DNA of 64,000 nt from Mobula hypostoma (taxonomy: Eukaryota), in the NCBI RefSeq assembly GCF_963921235.1, contig NC_086125.1:21576001-21640000 (forward strand), given 5' to 3'. This document shows, piece after piece, positions 50,900-62,239 of this stretch (the stretch's first letter is position 1; every line of letters begins with the position of its first letter). Both the position numbers and the translations under genes were made by a program. The notes beneath the pieces were generated by a model, which was not told the DNA's origin, did not search any database, and worked only from the letters and a program-made list of their open reading frames with translations.

Positions 50900-51760
50900 T
50901 CTTGTCATCTTCAGAAGTTTTCAGATGACTCTGCCATAGTTGGCTGCATCAGCAAGGGAGATGAGGCCGAGTACAGGGCTACGGTAGGAAACTTTGTCAC
51001 ATGGTGTGAGCAGAATTATCTGCAGCTTAATGTGAAAAAGACTAAGGAGCTGGTGGTAGACCTGAGGAGAGCTAAGGTACCGGTGACCCCTGTTTCCATC
51101 CAGGGGGTCAGTGTGGACATGGTGGAGGATTACAAATACCTGGGGATACGAATTGACAATAAACTGGACTGGTCAAAGAACACTGAGGTTGTCTACAAGA
51201 AGGGTCAGAGCCATCTCTATTTCCTGAGGAGACTGAGGTCCTTTAACATCTGCCGGACGATGCTGAGGATGTTCTACAAGTCTGTGGTGGCCAGTGCTAT
51301 CATGTTTGCTGTTGTGCGCTGGGGCAGCAGGCTGAGGGTTGCAGACACCAACAGAATCAACAAACTCATTCATAAGGCCAGTGATGTTGTGGGGATGGAA
51401 CTGGACTCTCTCACGGTAGTGTCTGAAAAGAGGATGCTGTCCAAGTTGCATGCCATCTTGGACAATGTCTCCCATCCACTACATAACGTACTGGTTGGGC
51501 ACAGGAGTACATTCAGCCAGAGACTCATTCCACCGAGATGCAACACAGAGCGTCATAGGAAGTTATTCCTGCCTGTGGCAACCAAACTTTACACTCTTCC
51601 CTTGGAGGGTCAGACACCCTGAGCCAATAGGCTGGTCCTGGACTTATTTCCTTGCATAATTTACATATTATTATTTAATTATTTATGGTTTTATTACTAT
51701 TATTTATGGTGCAACTGTAACGAAAACCAATTTTCCCTGGGATCAATAAAGTATGACTAT
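50900..51760 (+). mobile_element. Rex1/Babar-type LINE, 5'-truncated young copy
   Basis: Open RT C-terminal frame (ORF 50858-51622), nearly identical to the reverse complement of 48393-49271. Confidence 0.9.
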
Positions 51761-53469
51761 AAAGCATAGTCCCTCTTCAGTTCTATCCATCCATATTCAT
51801 CATAATTAGCAAGCACACAATTGGTTGTAATTGACTGTAGGGATAAAGGAAGCACCTAGGGAATTTCAAATATAGAAACATTTAGTAAGCAATATTGCTT
51901 CCAATGATATTAACATCTCAAATGCCTGTTTGAAAATGGCCATTTATTATATTTGCAATGCTAATAACTCTGCTCTAAAGGAACAACGATCACTCCAGCT
52001 TAAAAGAAATCAATATACGAGTAAAATCCTTAAGTAAACTAGATTAAATTCAAATACAATTAACAAAACTACAAAAACAGTATGACACACAACTTTATCA
52101 GCAAAATGGAACCATGTTCTTTGGTTGCACGTATGCAACTGCAATTTTCCTCAAAGAAGTCATCATTTAGTGCAAGTGCATTTAGTCCAAGTGCAAAGAC
52201 AAGGATAGTTATATTTTGCAATAAATAATATTCCTGCTTTTAATGAAGAGGAATAAAAGAGTGGAGATGATATACAAACTTTTGTAGAATTGACCATTAC
52301 ATCTGCTTCAACAACCGATGCTGATACCAGACATGCACCTATCTAGCAAGAGGAGGTAAGTGAACACAATTAAATCTGTACAACATAACTTTAAGCCAAG
52401 ATTGCCATATTATCAACATTAGGAGGCATTTTCAAACATAACAGCCTCTCTTTCTACCTATCCTGCTGTGCATTTCTAGTGTGATTTGCTTTAGTGTAGT
52501 GACTTATGGATGGTTGGAACATCTTGCAATTAAATTATTCTTGCTATCCTCATTAAAATAGATACAGAAGCAGCCACAAGCTTTCTTAAAATTCAAATAC
52601 CAAACGTTGATCAAAAATCAAAATAATTCAGATGCAATAAAAAGTTTACAAAACATCCAACAATTCAACTTATATCTATGGAGACAGAGGCAATAATGCA
52701 CATCAGAGTAGTAGCAGCAGCATTATAGAGACCTGCACTTGACCCTGACTTGGGCTGCAGTCTGTGTGTAGTCTCTATGTTCTCCTCTGACCACATACTC
52801 CAGGTACTCAAGATTCCTCCCAAACCCAAAGATGGGCAGGTAGGTGACTAGTTGCTATAAATTGTTGCTTTAAGTAACGGAAGATTAACAAAGGAAAATT
52901 AGTGGACAATTGTGAACAAGTTTCAGTGCTACAAGAGGGATTGTACTTCCTGGAATCAATGACCTTCACCTGTTGTAGCATGTACCTTAGAATATTTATC
53001 AACTTGTTTCATTTTCTATGAATTGTGCCTGACCAGCTGAGCATTCCAGTTTCTGTGCACGTTAACGTTAATTTCAAAGGAAGTGTACTGCATACACCCA
53101 TTGGATCAAGGGATACTTCAAGCATGGCAAACGCCATCTTAAGGAAATTGAGATGGTCAAAAAAATAGACAACCTTGCACTTACCAATCTGAGACACAAG
53201 TTGCTGCAAGGTCAAAAAAGGTTAAGAGCAGAGAGCGTAAGTGTTGGACCAAGAAAAACACAAGAGAACGCAGCTGATGGAATCTGGAGTAACAACTTGC
53301 TAGAGGAAGTCAGCAAGATGAGCGGCATCTGCTGGGAGGAGGAACTGCTTATGTTACGAGTTGAAACACGGCATCAGGACTTCTGGTGTCCTGACACGTT
53401 CTTGGGAAGTACATTAATGAGAAAAATTTTTGTAAGGATTTTATAACGGGGTGAGATATTCTTTGCAGG

Positions 53470-54450
53470 TAGGGAGTCTCTAACGGCGGTTTTTGGCATC
53501 GCTAAGGATTAATGAGGGGAAACTCCAAAACGTGCGCGGTGGGCAAATTCAGGATCCCACCGACCACGCGAGCGTGCGCGCGTGCACGCGGGGCGGGGGC
53601 GGGAAGGAGGCCGACGCCATTTTGTGGCGTTAAAGCGAGACTACTGCAGGAAGAAAAGCGGGAGTCCAGTGACCACCTTCTCGCCTGGAATAAACATACT
53701 GCGGTAAATTACATGGGTACAAATGCAGGACTCACACATAAACTTCTCAAGAAGTGTTTTTAAAAAATCGTCATTTAAATTCACAACCACACGTGGAAAT
53801 AGCGTGCCAGCTACAGCATCGCATGCGCAAAGATCGCATTTTAACCAAAAATAAGCGAAATATATTTTGAAACTGTCATTTCCATTCACGGCCGTATTAC
53901 CTGATTTACTTTAAACGCTATGCCAGTTAAAGATAAAACGCGTCAGCTCGAGCGCTAGGAGAGCCAGGCTGGCGGGTAGTGATTGACAGCGCTATTAACC
54001 TATCATATTGTGCATTGGCGGCAACTCAGCCAATCAGCGAATAAGATGAGGAAATATAAACCAGTATCAAAGGCGCCCCCAACTAGGGATTATTTGTAGC
54101 GATCACGTCAGAGCGACATCAAATGCTATACTTGTACATAGTTCTCAATAACTCAGCTGTGAGCTTTAATGATAGATGAGAATCACCATGAAAAATCCCC
54201 GATCACACTAACCTCCATAGCGACCGTCCATTGTGATCCCGCTTCAGTCAGAAACGTTCGGGCCTCAATGACGTCGGCAGAGCCGGGGAGGGCGGGATAC
54301 GTGAGGCGCGCGCCGGTGGACGAGTCACGTGAACCGCGGCGCGGGTTGGGCGGATCACGTGCCATCGTAGGCTGGTTCTGCCTGTTTTTCCAGGGTGGCC
54401 GATGCGCTCCTCGACTTTAAATTGATTGTGACTCCTATCACACCCAACGG
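53470..54450 (-). promoter_or_regulatory. CpG island/promoter of the AKAP8L-like gene
   Basis: CpG-dense block in a CpG-poor background. Upstream of the ATG: TGACGTC (~54269), GC box (~54290), GTCACGTGA (~54324) and ATCACGTG (~54354) E-boxes. In intron 1: GC boxes, CCAAT and a YY1 motif. Confidence 0.8.
54213..54231 (-). CDS. AKAP8L: AKAP8L-like gene, coding exon 1 (MDGRYG+G, 19 nt)
   Basis: caATGG start inside a CpG island; ATG GAC GGT CGC TAT GGA G followed by donor gttagt. Phase 1 matches the next exon, and it resembles the recalled AKAP8 start MDQGYG. Confidence 0.75.
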
Positions 54451-54549
54451 GGTGTCGTTCAAAGCAGCTGGCTTTGACAAACACAGATAGATTAAAGTCA
54501 TCCCAGCACAAACAAGAGAAGAAGTGCAGATGCTGGAAATCCAAGCAAG

Positions 54550-54893
54550 GAAAAGAGGATGCTGTCTTAAGCTGCATGCCATCTTGGACAATGTCTCCCA
54601 TCCACTACATAATGTACTGGGTGGGCACAGGAGTACATTCAGCCAGAGACTCATTCCACCGAGATGCAACACAGATCATCATAGGATGTCATTCCTGCCT
54701 GTGGCCATCAAACTTTACAACTCCTCCCTTGGAGGGTTAGACACCCTGTGCCGATAGGCTGGTCCTGGACTTATTTTTTAATTTACATATTACTATTTAA
54801 CTATTTATGGTTCTATGACTATTTATTATTTATGGTGCAACTGTAACGAAAACCAATCTCCCGCTGGGATCAATAAAGTATGACAATGACTAT
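54550..54893 (+). mobile_element. Third, shorter copy of the same LINE 3' end, inserted into a Penelope pLTR remnant
   Basis: KLHAILDNVSHPLHNVL; pLTR sequence is interrupted at ~54548 and resumes at ~54894. Confidence 0.85.
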
Positions 54894-55002
54894 AACACAC
54901 ACAAAATGCTGCCTGGCCTGCTGAGTTCCCCCCATTTTGTGTGTGATAAGTGCATTTTTTGCCTGAGACCATGAACTGTTTAATCAAAACACCTTAGGTA
55001 AT

Positions 55003-58000
55003 CAGAATCAGGTTTAATATCATTGGCATTTGTCATGAAATTTGATAACCTTGTAGCAGCAGTACAATGCAATACATGATAATAGAAAAAAACTGAATTA
55101 GAGTAAATATATAATAGCTAAATAAGTAGTGCAAAAATAGGAAATAGAAAAAGTGAGGTAGAGTTCATGCATTCAATGCCCATTTAGAAATCAGATGGCA
55201 GAGGGGAAGAAACTTTTCCTGAATCGCTGAGAATCAGAATCAGGTTTATTATCACCGGCATGTGTTGTGAAATTTGATAACTTAGCAGCAGCAATTCAAT
55301 GCAATACATAATGTAGAAGAAACAAGTAGTAATAAGTAAATCAATTACGATATACGTATATTGAATTGATTAAAAATCGTGCAAAAAACAAATAATATAT
55401 ATTTAAAAAGTGAGGTAGTGTTCACAGGATCAATGTCCATTTAAGAATCAGATGGCAGAAGGGAAGAAGCTGTTCTTGAATCGCTAAGTGCATGCCTTCA
55501 GGCTTCTGTACCTCCTTCCTGATGGTAACAGTGAGAAATCCTGGGCGCTGGAGGTCCTTAATAATGGACGCTGCCTTTCTGAGATACCCCTCCATAAAGA
55601 TGTCCTGGGTACTTTGTAGGCTAGTACCCAAAATGGAGCTGACTAAATTTACAACCCTCTGCAGCTTCTTTCGGTCCTGTGCAGTAGCCCCCTCCCCATA
55701 CCAGACAGTGATGCAGCCTGGCAGAATGCTCTCCATGGTACATCTATAGAAGTTTTTGAGTGTATTTGTTGACATACCAAATCTCTCCAAAGTCCTAATG
55801 AAGTATAGTCGCTGTCTTGCCTTCTTTACAACTGCATTGATATGTTGGGGCCAGGTTAGATCCTCAGAGATCTTGACACCCAGGAACTTGAAGCTGCTCA
55901 CTCTCTCCACTTTTGATCCCTTTATGAGGATTAGTATGTGCTCCTTTGTCTTACCCTTCCTAAAGTCCACAATCAGCACTTTCATCTTACTGATGTTGAG
56001 TGCCAGGTTGTTGCTGCGACACTAGTTGGCATATCTTGCTCCTGTACACCCTCTTGTCACCACCTGAGATTCTACCTGCAATGGTTGTATCATCAGCAAA
56101 TTTATAGATGGTATTTGAGCTATGCCTAGCCACACAGTCATGGGTATAGAGAGAGTAGAACAGTGGGCTAAGCACACACCTCTGAGGTGCACCAGTATCG
56201 ATCGTCAGCGAGGAGGAGATGTTATCACCAATCCGCACAGATTGTGGTTTTCCTGTTAGGAAGTCGGGGATCGAATTGCAGAGGGAGGTACAGAGGCCCA
56301 CGTTCTGTAACTTCTCAATCAGGATTGTGAGAATGATGGTATTAAATGCTGAGCTATAGTCGATGAACAGCATCCTGACATAGGTGTTTGTATTGTCCAG
56401 CTGGTATAAGGCTGTGTGAAGAGCCATTGAGATTGCATTTGTTGTTGACCTATTGTGGTGAAAGGCAAATTGCAATGGGTTCAGGTCCTTGCTGAGGCAG
56501 GAGTTTAGTCTGGTCATGACCAACCTCTCAAAGCATTTCATCACTGTAGAAATGAGTGCCACCAGGCAATAGTCATTAAGGCCGCCCACATTATTCTTCT
56601 TAGGCGCTGGTATAATTGTTGCCTTTTTGAAGCAAGTGGGAACTTCCACCCATAACAGTGAGAGGTTGAAAATGTCCTTGAATACTCCTGCCAGTTGGTT
56701 GGCACAGGTATTCAGAGCCTTACCAGGTACTCCATCAGAACCTTCCACCTTCAGAATTCTGTACCCCTTTCCTAATGGCAGCAATGAGAAGAGGGCATGT
56801 CCTGGGAGGTAGGGGTCCCACCACCTTGCTGAGGCACTGACCTGGAAACTATGGAGACTAGAACCCATGATGGAGCTGACTAGTTTGACAACTCTGCAGC
56901 TTACTTTGATCCTCCATTGCGCACCCCCCCCCCCGTACCAGAGGGTAACACAGCCAGTTAGAATGCTCAACGAGGTACATCTGTAGAAATTTGTGAGAGT
57001 TTTTGGTAACATACCAAATTTCCTCAAACTCTTAATGAAATACGGCTGCTATCTTGCCTTCTTTATAGCTGCATCAATATGTTGTGTCCAGATTAGGTCC
57101 TCAGAGATATCGACACCCAGGAACTTGAAATTTCTCACTCCTCTATAAGGACTGATGTGTGTTCCTTTTCCCTCGTCTTACCCTTTCTGAAGTCCAAAAT
57201 CAGTTCTTTGGTGTTACTGACATCGAGTGCAAGGTTGTTGTCTATTCAACTAGATGGTATATCTCACTCCTGTACTCCCTCTCCTCAACATCTGAGATTC
57301 TGCCGACAATGGTTGTATTGTCAGCAAATTTATAGATAGCGTTTGAGCTGTAACTAGCAACACAGTCATGGGTGGAGAGAGAGTAGAGCTAAACACGCAT
57401 TCCTGAGGTGTGCCAGTATTGATTGTCAGTGAGGTGGAGAAGTTACTTCCAATCTCCATCGATCGTGGCCTTCCAGTTAGGAAGTTGAGGGTCCAGTTGC
57501 AGAGGGAAGTACAGAGGCCCGGTTTCTGGAGCCTCTTGATCAGAATGATGGTGCTAAACGCTGATTGTAGTCAATAAACATAATCCTGACATAGGTATTT
57601 GTGTTGTACAGGTGATCCAAGACCACATGGAGAGCCAATTGGATCACTGTAGACCTACTGAGATGGTGTCCGGCATAGAGCTATTGTGGTGATAGGCAAA
57701 TTTCAGTGAGTCTAGGTCCTTGCTGAGGCAGGAGTTGATTCTAGCCATAACCAACCTCTCAAAGCACTTCATCACCATACATGAGAGTGCTACTGGACAA
57801 TAGTAGTGAAGGCAGCTCATCCTGCTCTTCTTGCACACTGGTATAATCATTGCTCTTTTGAAGCAGGTGGGAACTTCCAACTGTAGTAATGAGAGATCGA
57901 AAATGTCTTTGAACACCCTGCCAGTTGGTTGGTACAGGTTTTCAGAGCCTTAACAGGTATTCCATCGGGGCCTGTTGCCTTGGAAGGTTCAAAGGTTCAG

Positions 58001-58400
58001 AAGTTCAATTTAATGTCAGAGAAATGTATACAATATACATCCTGAAATGCTTTAACTCAACTGTTGTAACTCAGTGAAATCCCACTGGAATTAGGGTGGT
58101 GAAACACACCAGCAATTGTTCAAAGGTTCATCATCTTGAAAGACAGCCTGACATCGGCCTCCGAAACAGAGATTACAGGGTCACTGGGTACTGCAGTGAT
58201 CCTCATGGCAGTAGTTTTATTCTCCTTTTCAAAGTGAGCATAACAGATACTGAGCTTGTCTGGGAGTGAACCTTCATTGCCATTCACCATGTTGGGTTTC
58301 ACTTGGTAGGAATCAATGGCTTGTAAATCCTGCCAGAGTTGACATGCTTCCAATGTCACCTCCAACCTGGCTTGGTGTTGTTCCTTTCCTCTTGAAAAAT
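55003..58400 (-). mobile_element. Nested cluster of Rex1/Babar LINE copies
   Basis: RT motifs [23 protein letters not shown] and FKFLGV (ORFs 55422-55985, 55987-57027, 57644-57916); two (gaatca)n tails at ~55003 and ~55231. Confidence 0.88.
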
Positions 58401-59609
58401 AGCCCTCCACAAGTCGTACCTGGTTTTCTTATACAGACCTGGGTTGCCAGACTCGAATGCCACAGCTCATCAACCAAGAATGTAAAATCTGTACCAAATT
58501 CATGCTCAGGTATATCAACTTTGACTGGTGCACACCAGTTTTTTTTAAATAAACCACCTGTTATTTTGAACATCAACTCCATGTGCCCCTTTCAGTTTGC
58601 TACTAAAGTGTGCAATAAAGAATTAAAGTAACAGGCCACCAGGTATCCCAGACTTACACTTGCAGTCTAAATAAAGATGTTCCTTCACCCTGGGTTTGGG
58701 TCTTTCTATTGGGGAGGAAACTGCATCCTTTTATTAATATTATTTAGAGAGACAGCACAATACTCAGCCCTCCCAGTTGTTAGCCGTAAATAGAGTAAAC
58801 CAATTTTCAAATATGCAAACTAACTTTTTTTTAACTTGGAAGGAAAGTTTCTTAAATGTCCTTAATGTATCTGCCTCTACCACTGCCCCTGGCAGACCCC
58901 ACCAGTCTCTGTGTAAAACACTTACCTCTGGCATTCTCACAATACTTTCCTTCAATCACTTTATAATTATGGACAAAAATGAGTCCAAGCAAAGACCCAA
59001 AGTACCAGCTATACTCTTCTCTCTGCAGATGCTGTCTGACCCGCTGAGCTCCTCCAGTATTCAGTGTGGATTTACAAATCAAGATGGCATGGAACTTAGA
59101 GGGGAACCTGCAGATGGTGCTCCCCATCCATCTACCACCCTTGCTGGCAGGAGTCATGGATTTGGGAGGTGCTGTTAGGACAGCCTGGTAAGTGACTACA
59201 GTGTATTTTGCAGATGGTACAGCGGGCAGGAGTACATGATAAAGTAAAGGCTTAGCATGGTGGATGGAGTGTCCAATCAAGCAAATATGGGGAAGGGGCT
59301 GAGAGCAGACATGCCATAAATGGTGGAGGGGTGCAATCAGAAAATACTAGAGACACTCAGCAAAAGTACTGAAGACAGAGAAAGAAATATGTTTTATGTT
59401 GGAAGGTTAATCATGTGGCACGGTGGTCAGTATAGAGGTAATTAGGAGAAAAACACGGGGAACCAGGAAGTGAAGGGAAAAGAAACATCAATACAATACT
59501 TAGAGGAGGCCACCTGACTTGTAGGAAGTGATCAGAGTCACCATATGAAGGTGAGGGAGTGGTGGTAACTGACAGGAAAGGTAACAGAATGCTCCTGTTC
59601 AGGACAAAC

Positions 59610-60310
59610 GTAGAAACATAGAAAACCTACAGCGCAATACAGGCCCTCGGCCCACAAATTTGTGTGAACATGTCCCGACCTTAGAAATTTCTAGGCTTAC
59701 CCATAGCCCTCTATTTTTCTAAGCTCCATGTACCTATCCAAAAGTCTCTTAAAAGACCCTATTGTTTTCACCTCCACCACCATTGCCGCCTCCACACACT
59801 CACCATTCTCTGCTTAAAAACTTACCCCTGACATCACCTCTGTACCTACTCCCCAGCACCTTAAACCTGTGTCTTCTTGTGGCAACCATTTCAGCCCTGG
59901 GAAAAAGCCTCTGACTATCCACATGATCAATGCCTCTCATCATCTTATACACCTCTATCAGGTCACCCCTCATCCTCCGTTGCTCCAAGGAGAAAAGGCT
60001 TAGTTCACTCAACCTGTTTTCATAAGGCATGCTCCCCAATCCAGGCAACATCCTTGTAAACCTCCTCTGCACCCTTTCTATGGCTTCCACATCCTTCCTG
60101 TAGTGAGGCGACCAGAACTGAGCACAGTACTCCAAGTGGGGTCTGACGAGGGTCCTATATAGCTGTAACATTACCTCTCGGTTCCTAAATTCAATTCCAT
60201 GATTGATGAAGGTCAATACACTGTATGCTCTCTTAACCACAGAGTCAACCTGCGCAGCTGCTTTGAGTGTCCTATTGACTCGGACCCCAAGATCCCTCTG
60301 ACCCTCCAGA
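59610..60310 (-). mobile_element. CR1-clade LINE 3' end
   Basis: LYRTLVRPHLEYCAQFWSP...RGDLIEVYK; (tttctatg) tail. Confidence 0.9.
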
Positions 60311-60539
60311 AGCAGGGAAGGGCAATAAATGATGATAAGAGGCGCAGATCGACTGGACAGCCAAAGACTTTGCCCCAGGATGGAAATGGCTGATATAAGG
60401 GCTGTATTTTTAAGGTAGTATACACAAAATGCTGGAGGAACTCAGCAGGCCAGGCAGCATCTATGGAAAAGAGCAAACAGTTCACATTTCAGGCTGAGAC
60501 TCTTCATCAGGACTGGAAAGGAAGGTCTTAGGAGGAAAG

Positions 60540-61387
60540 AATAGGAGGGATAGCAAAGGCTCTGACAGGAAAACCCCAAAGCATTCCACAAGTATATGAA
60601 GGGCAAGGGGATAAGACGTGAGAGAATAGGACCAATCAAGTGTGACAGCAGAAAAGTGTGTATGGAACCAGGGGAGATAGCAGAGATACTTAATGAATAC
60701 TTTGCTTCAGTATTCACTACGGAAAAGGATCTTGGCGATTGTAGGGATGACTTACAGCAGATTGAAAAGATTGAGCATGTAGACGTTAAGACAGAGGATG
60801 TGCTGAAGGTTTTGGAAAGCATCAAGTTGGATAAGTCTCTGGGACCGGACGAGATGTACCCCAGGCTACTGTGGGAGGCGAGGGAGGAAATTGCTGAGCC
60901 TCTGGTAATGATCTCTGCATCATCAATGGGGATGGGAGAGGTTCCAGAGGATTGGAAGGTTGCAGATGTTGTTCCCTTATTCAAGAAAGGGAGTAGAGAT
61001 AGCCCAGGACATTATAGACCAGTGAGTCTTACTTCAGTAGCTGGTAAGTTGATGGAAAAAATCCTGAGAGGCAGGATTTATGAGCATTTGGAGAGGCATA
61101 ATATGATTATGAATATTCAGCATGGTTTTGTCAAAGGCAGGTCGTGCCTTACAAGCCTGATTTAATTTTTTGAGCATGTGACTAAACACATTGATGAAGG
61201 TAGAGCAGTGATGTAGTATATATGGATTTCAGCAAGGCATTTGATAAGGTACCCCATGCAAGGCTTATTGAGAAAGTGAGGAGGCATGGGATCCAAGGGG
61301 ACCTTGCTTTGTGGATCCAGAATTGGTTAGCTCACAGAAGGCAAAGAGTGGTTGTAGATGGGTCATATTCTGCATGGAGGTTGGTGA
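60540..61387 (+). mobile_element. CR1-clade LINE RT fragment
   Basis: VPEDWKVADVVPLFKKG, YRPVSLTS, QHGFVKGRSCLT and DFSKAFDKVPH motifs, with a stop and a frameshift. Confidence 0.9.
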
Positions 61388-62239
61388 ATGCATTAGCAGA
61401 GTATGTATATGATACTATATACTACTTTGAGATTCCTTTCGTTGTAGGATTTTCCAGGTTAAAAAAACAAATACGATAGAATTTTATAAAATACAGTACT
61501 ATAAATAAAAAGGCAAAGACTGACAACTGACCAATGTGCAAAAGAAGACAAACTGTGCAAATGAAAATAATTCTGAAAACGTGTTGCGAAGAGTCTTTGT
61601 AACTGAGCCTATAGGTTGTAGAATCAGTTCAGCATTGTGTTGAGTGAAGTTATTCAGACCTGCTTAGGAGCCTGATGCTGATACGTGATACCCCTGATAC
61701 TCGCTCCCCAGCAAGAAAGTGCTCATCCCTACCATCTCAAGGGCCACTAGAGATGCATAATATATACTAACTCTGCCAGAATTACCTAGGTTCTCTCACC
61801 AGCCCCCCATGATAAAAATAGAAAGATGTAATCAGTGAATCACCGGCAGTGGTGTTTCACATCACAACCATTTTATCTGGTGTTCCTACAAGGGTTTATC
61901 CTTGTTCTGTTCGGTTTGTCTTTGATCACAAACTGTGAGCCTTAGCCACAAACAACCATCATCATGCAGATATGTGTACAAAACTCAATTCACAACACTG
62001 TGGTGACATTTTGACCCCAAAGTGAGCTTCAGGAAACATATCCATGCCATCACAAAAAATGTCAATTTCCATCTTTGTAGTTACCTAACTCTACCACAGC
62101 CTTGGTTTAGTTGCTACTTGAAACCTACATTGTGACTATGTGCTTAGTCCCCTGTTGTATTCATTTTATACTTATGATTGTGATGCTCCAGTGCCATATT
62201 TAAGATTGCTGATGACTCCGATGTCGTTGGCCAAATCAA

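Noticed and set aside
50858-51622. 254-aa ORF as a host or domesticated gene
   Set aside because: It is the 5'-truncated RT C-terminus of a LINE present three times in the window; the ATG comes from flanking DNA.
54183-54365. 60-aa ORF (MARDPP...) as the gene start
   Set aside because: Its ATG lies among promoter motifs, it has no family similarity and it is in a different frame from MDGRYG; at most a uORF.
60478-60515. Hammerhead-like motif on the minus strand
   Set aside because: The cleavage triplet reads GUG and the stems are mismatched; treated as a decayed pLTR copy.
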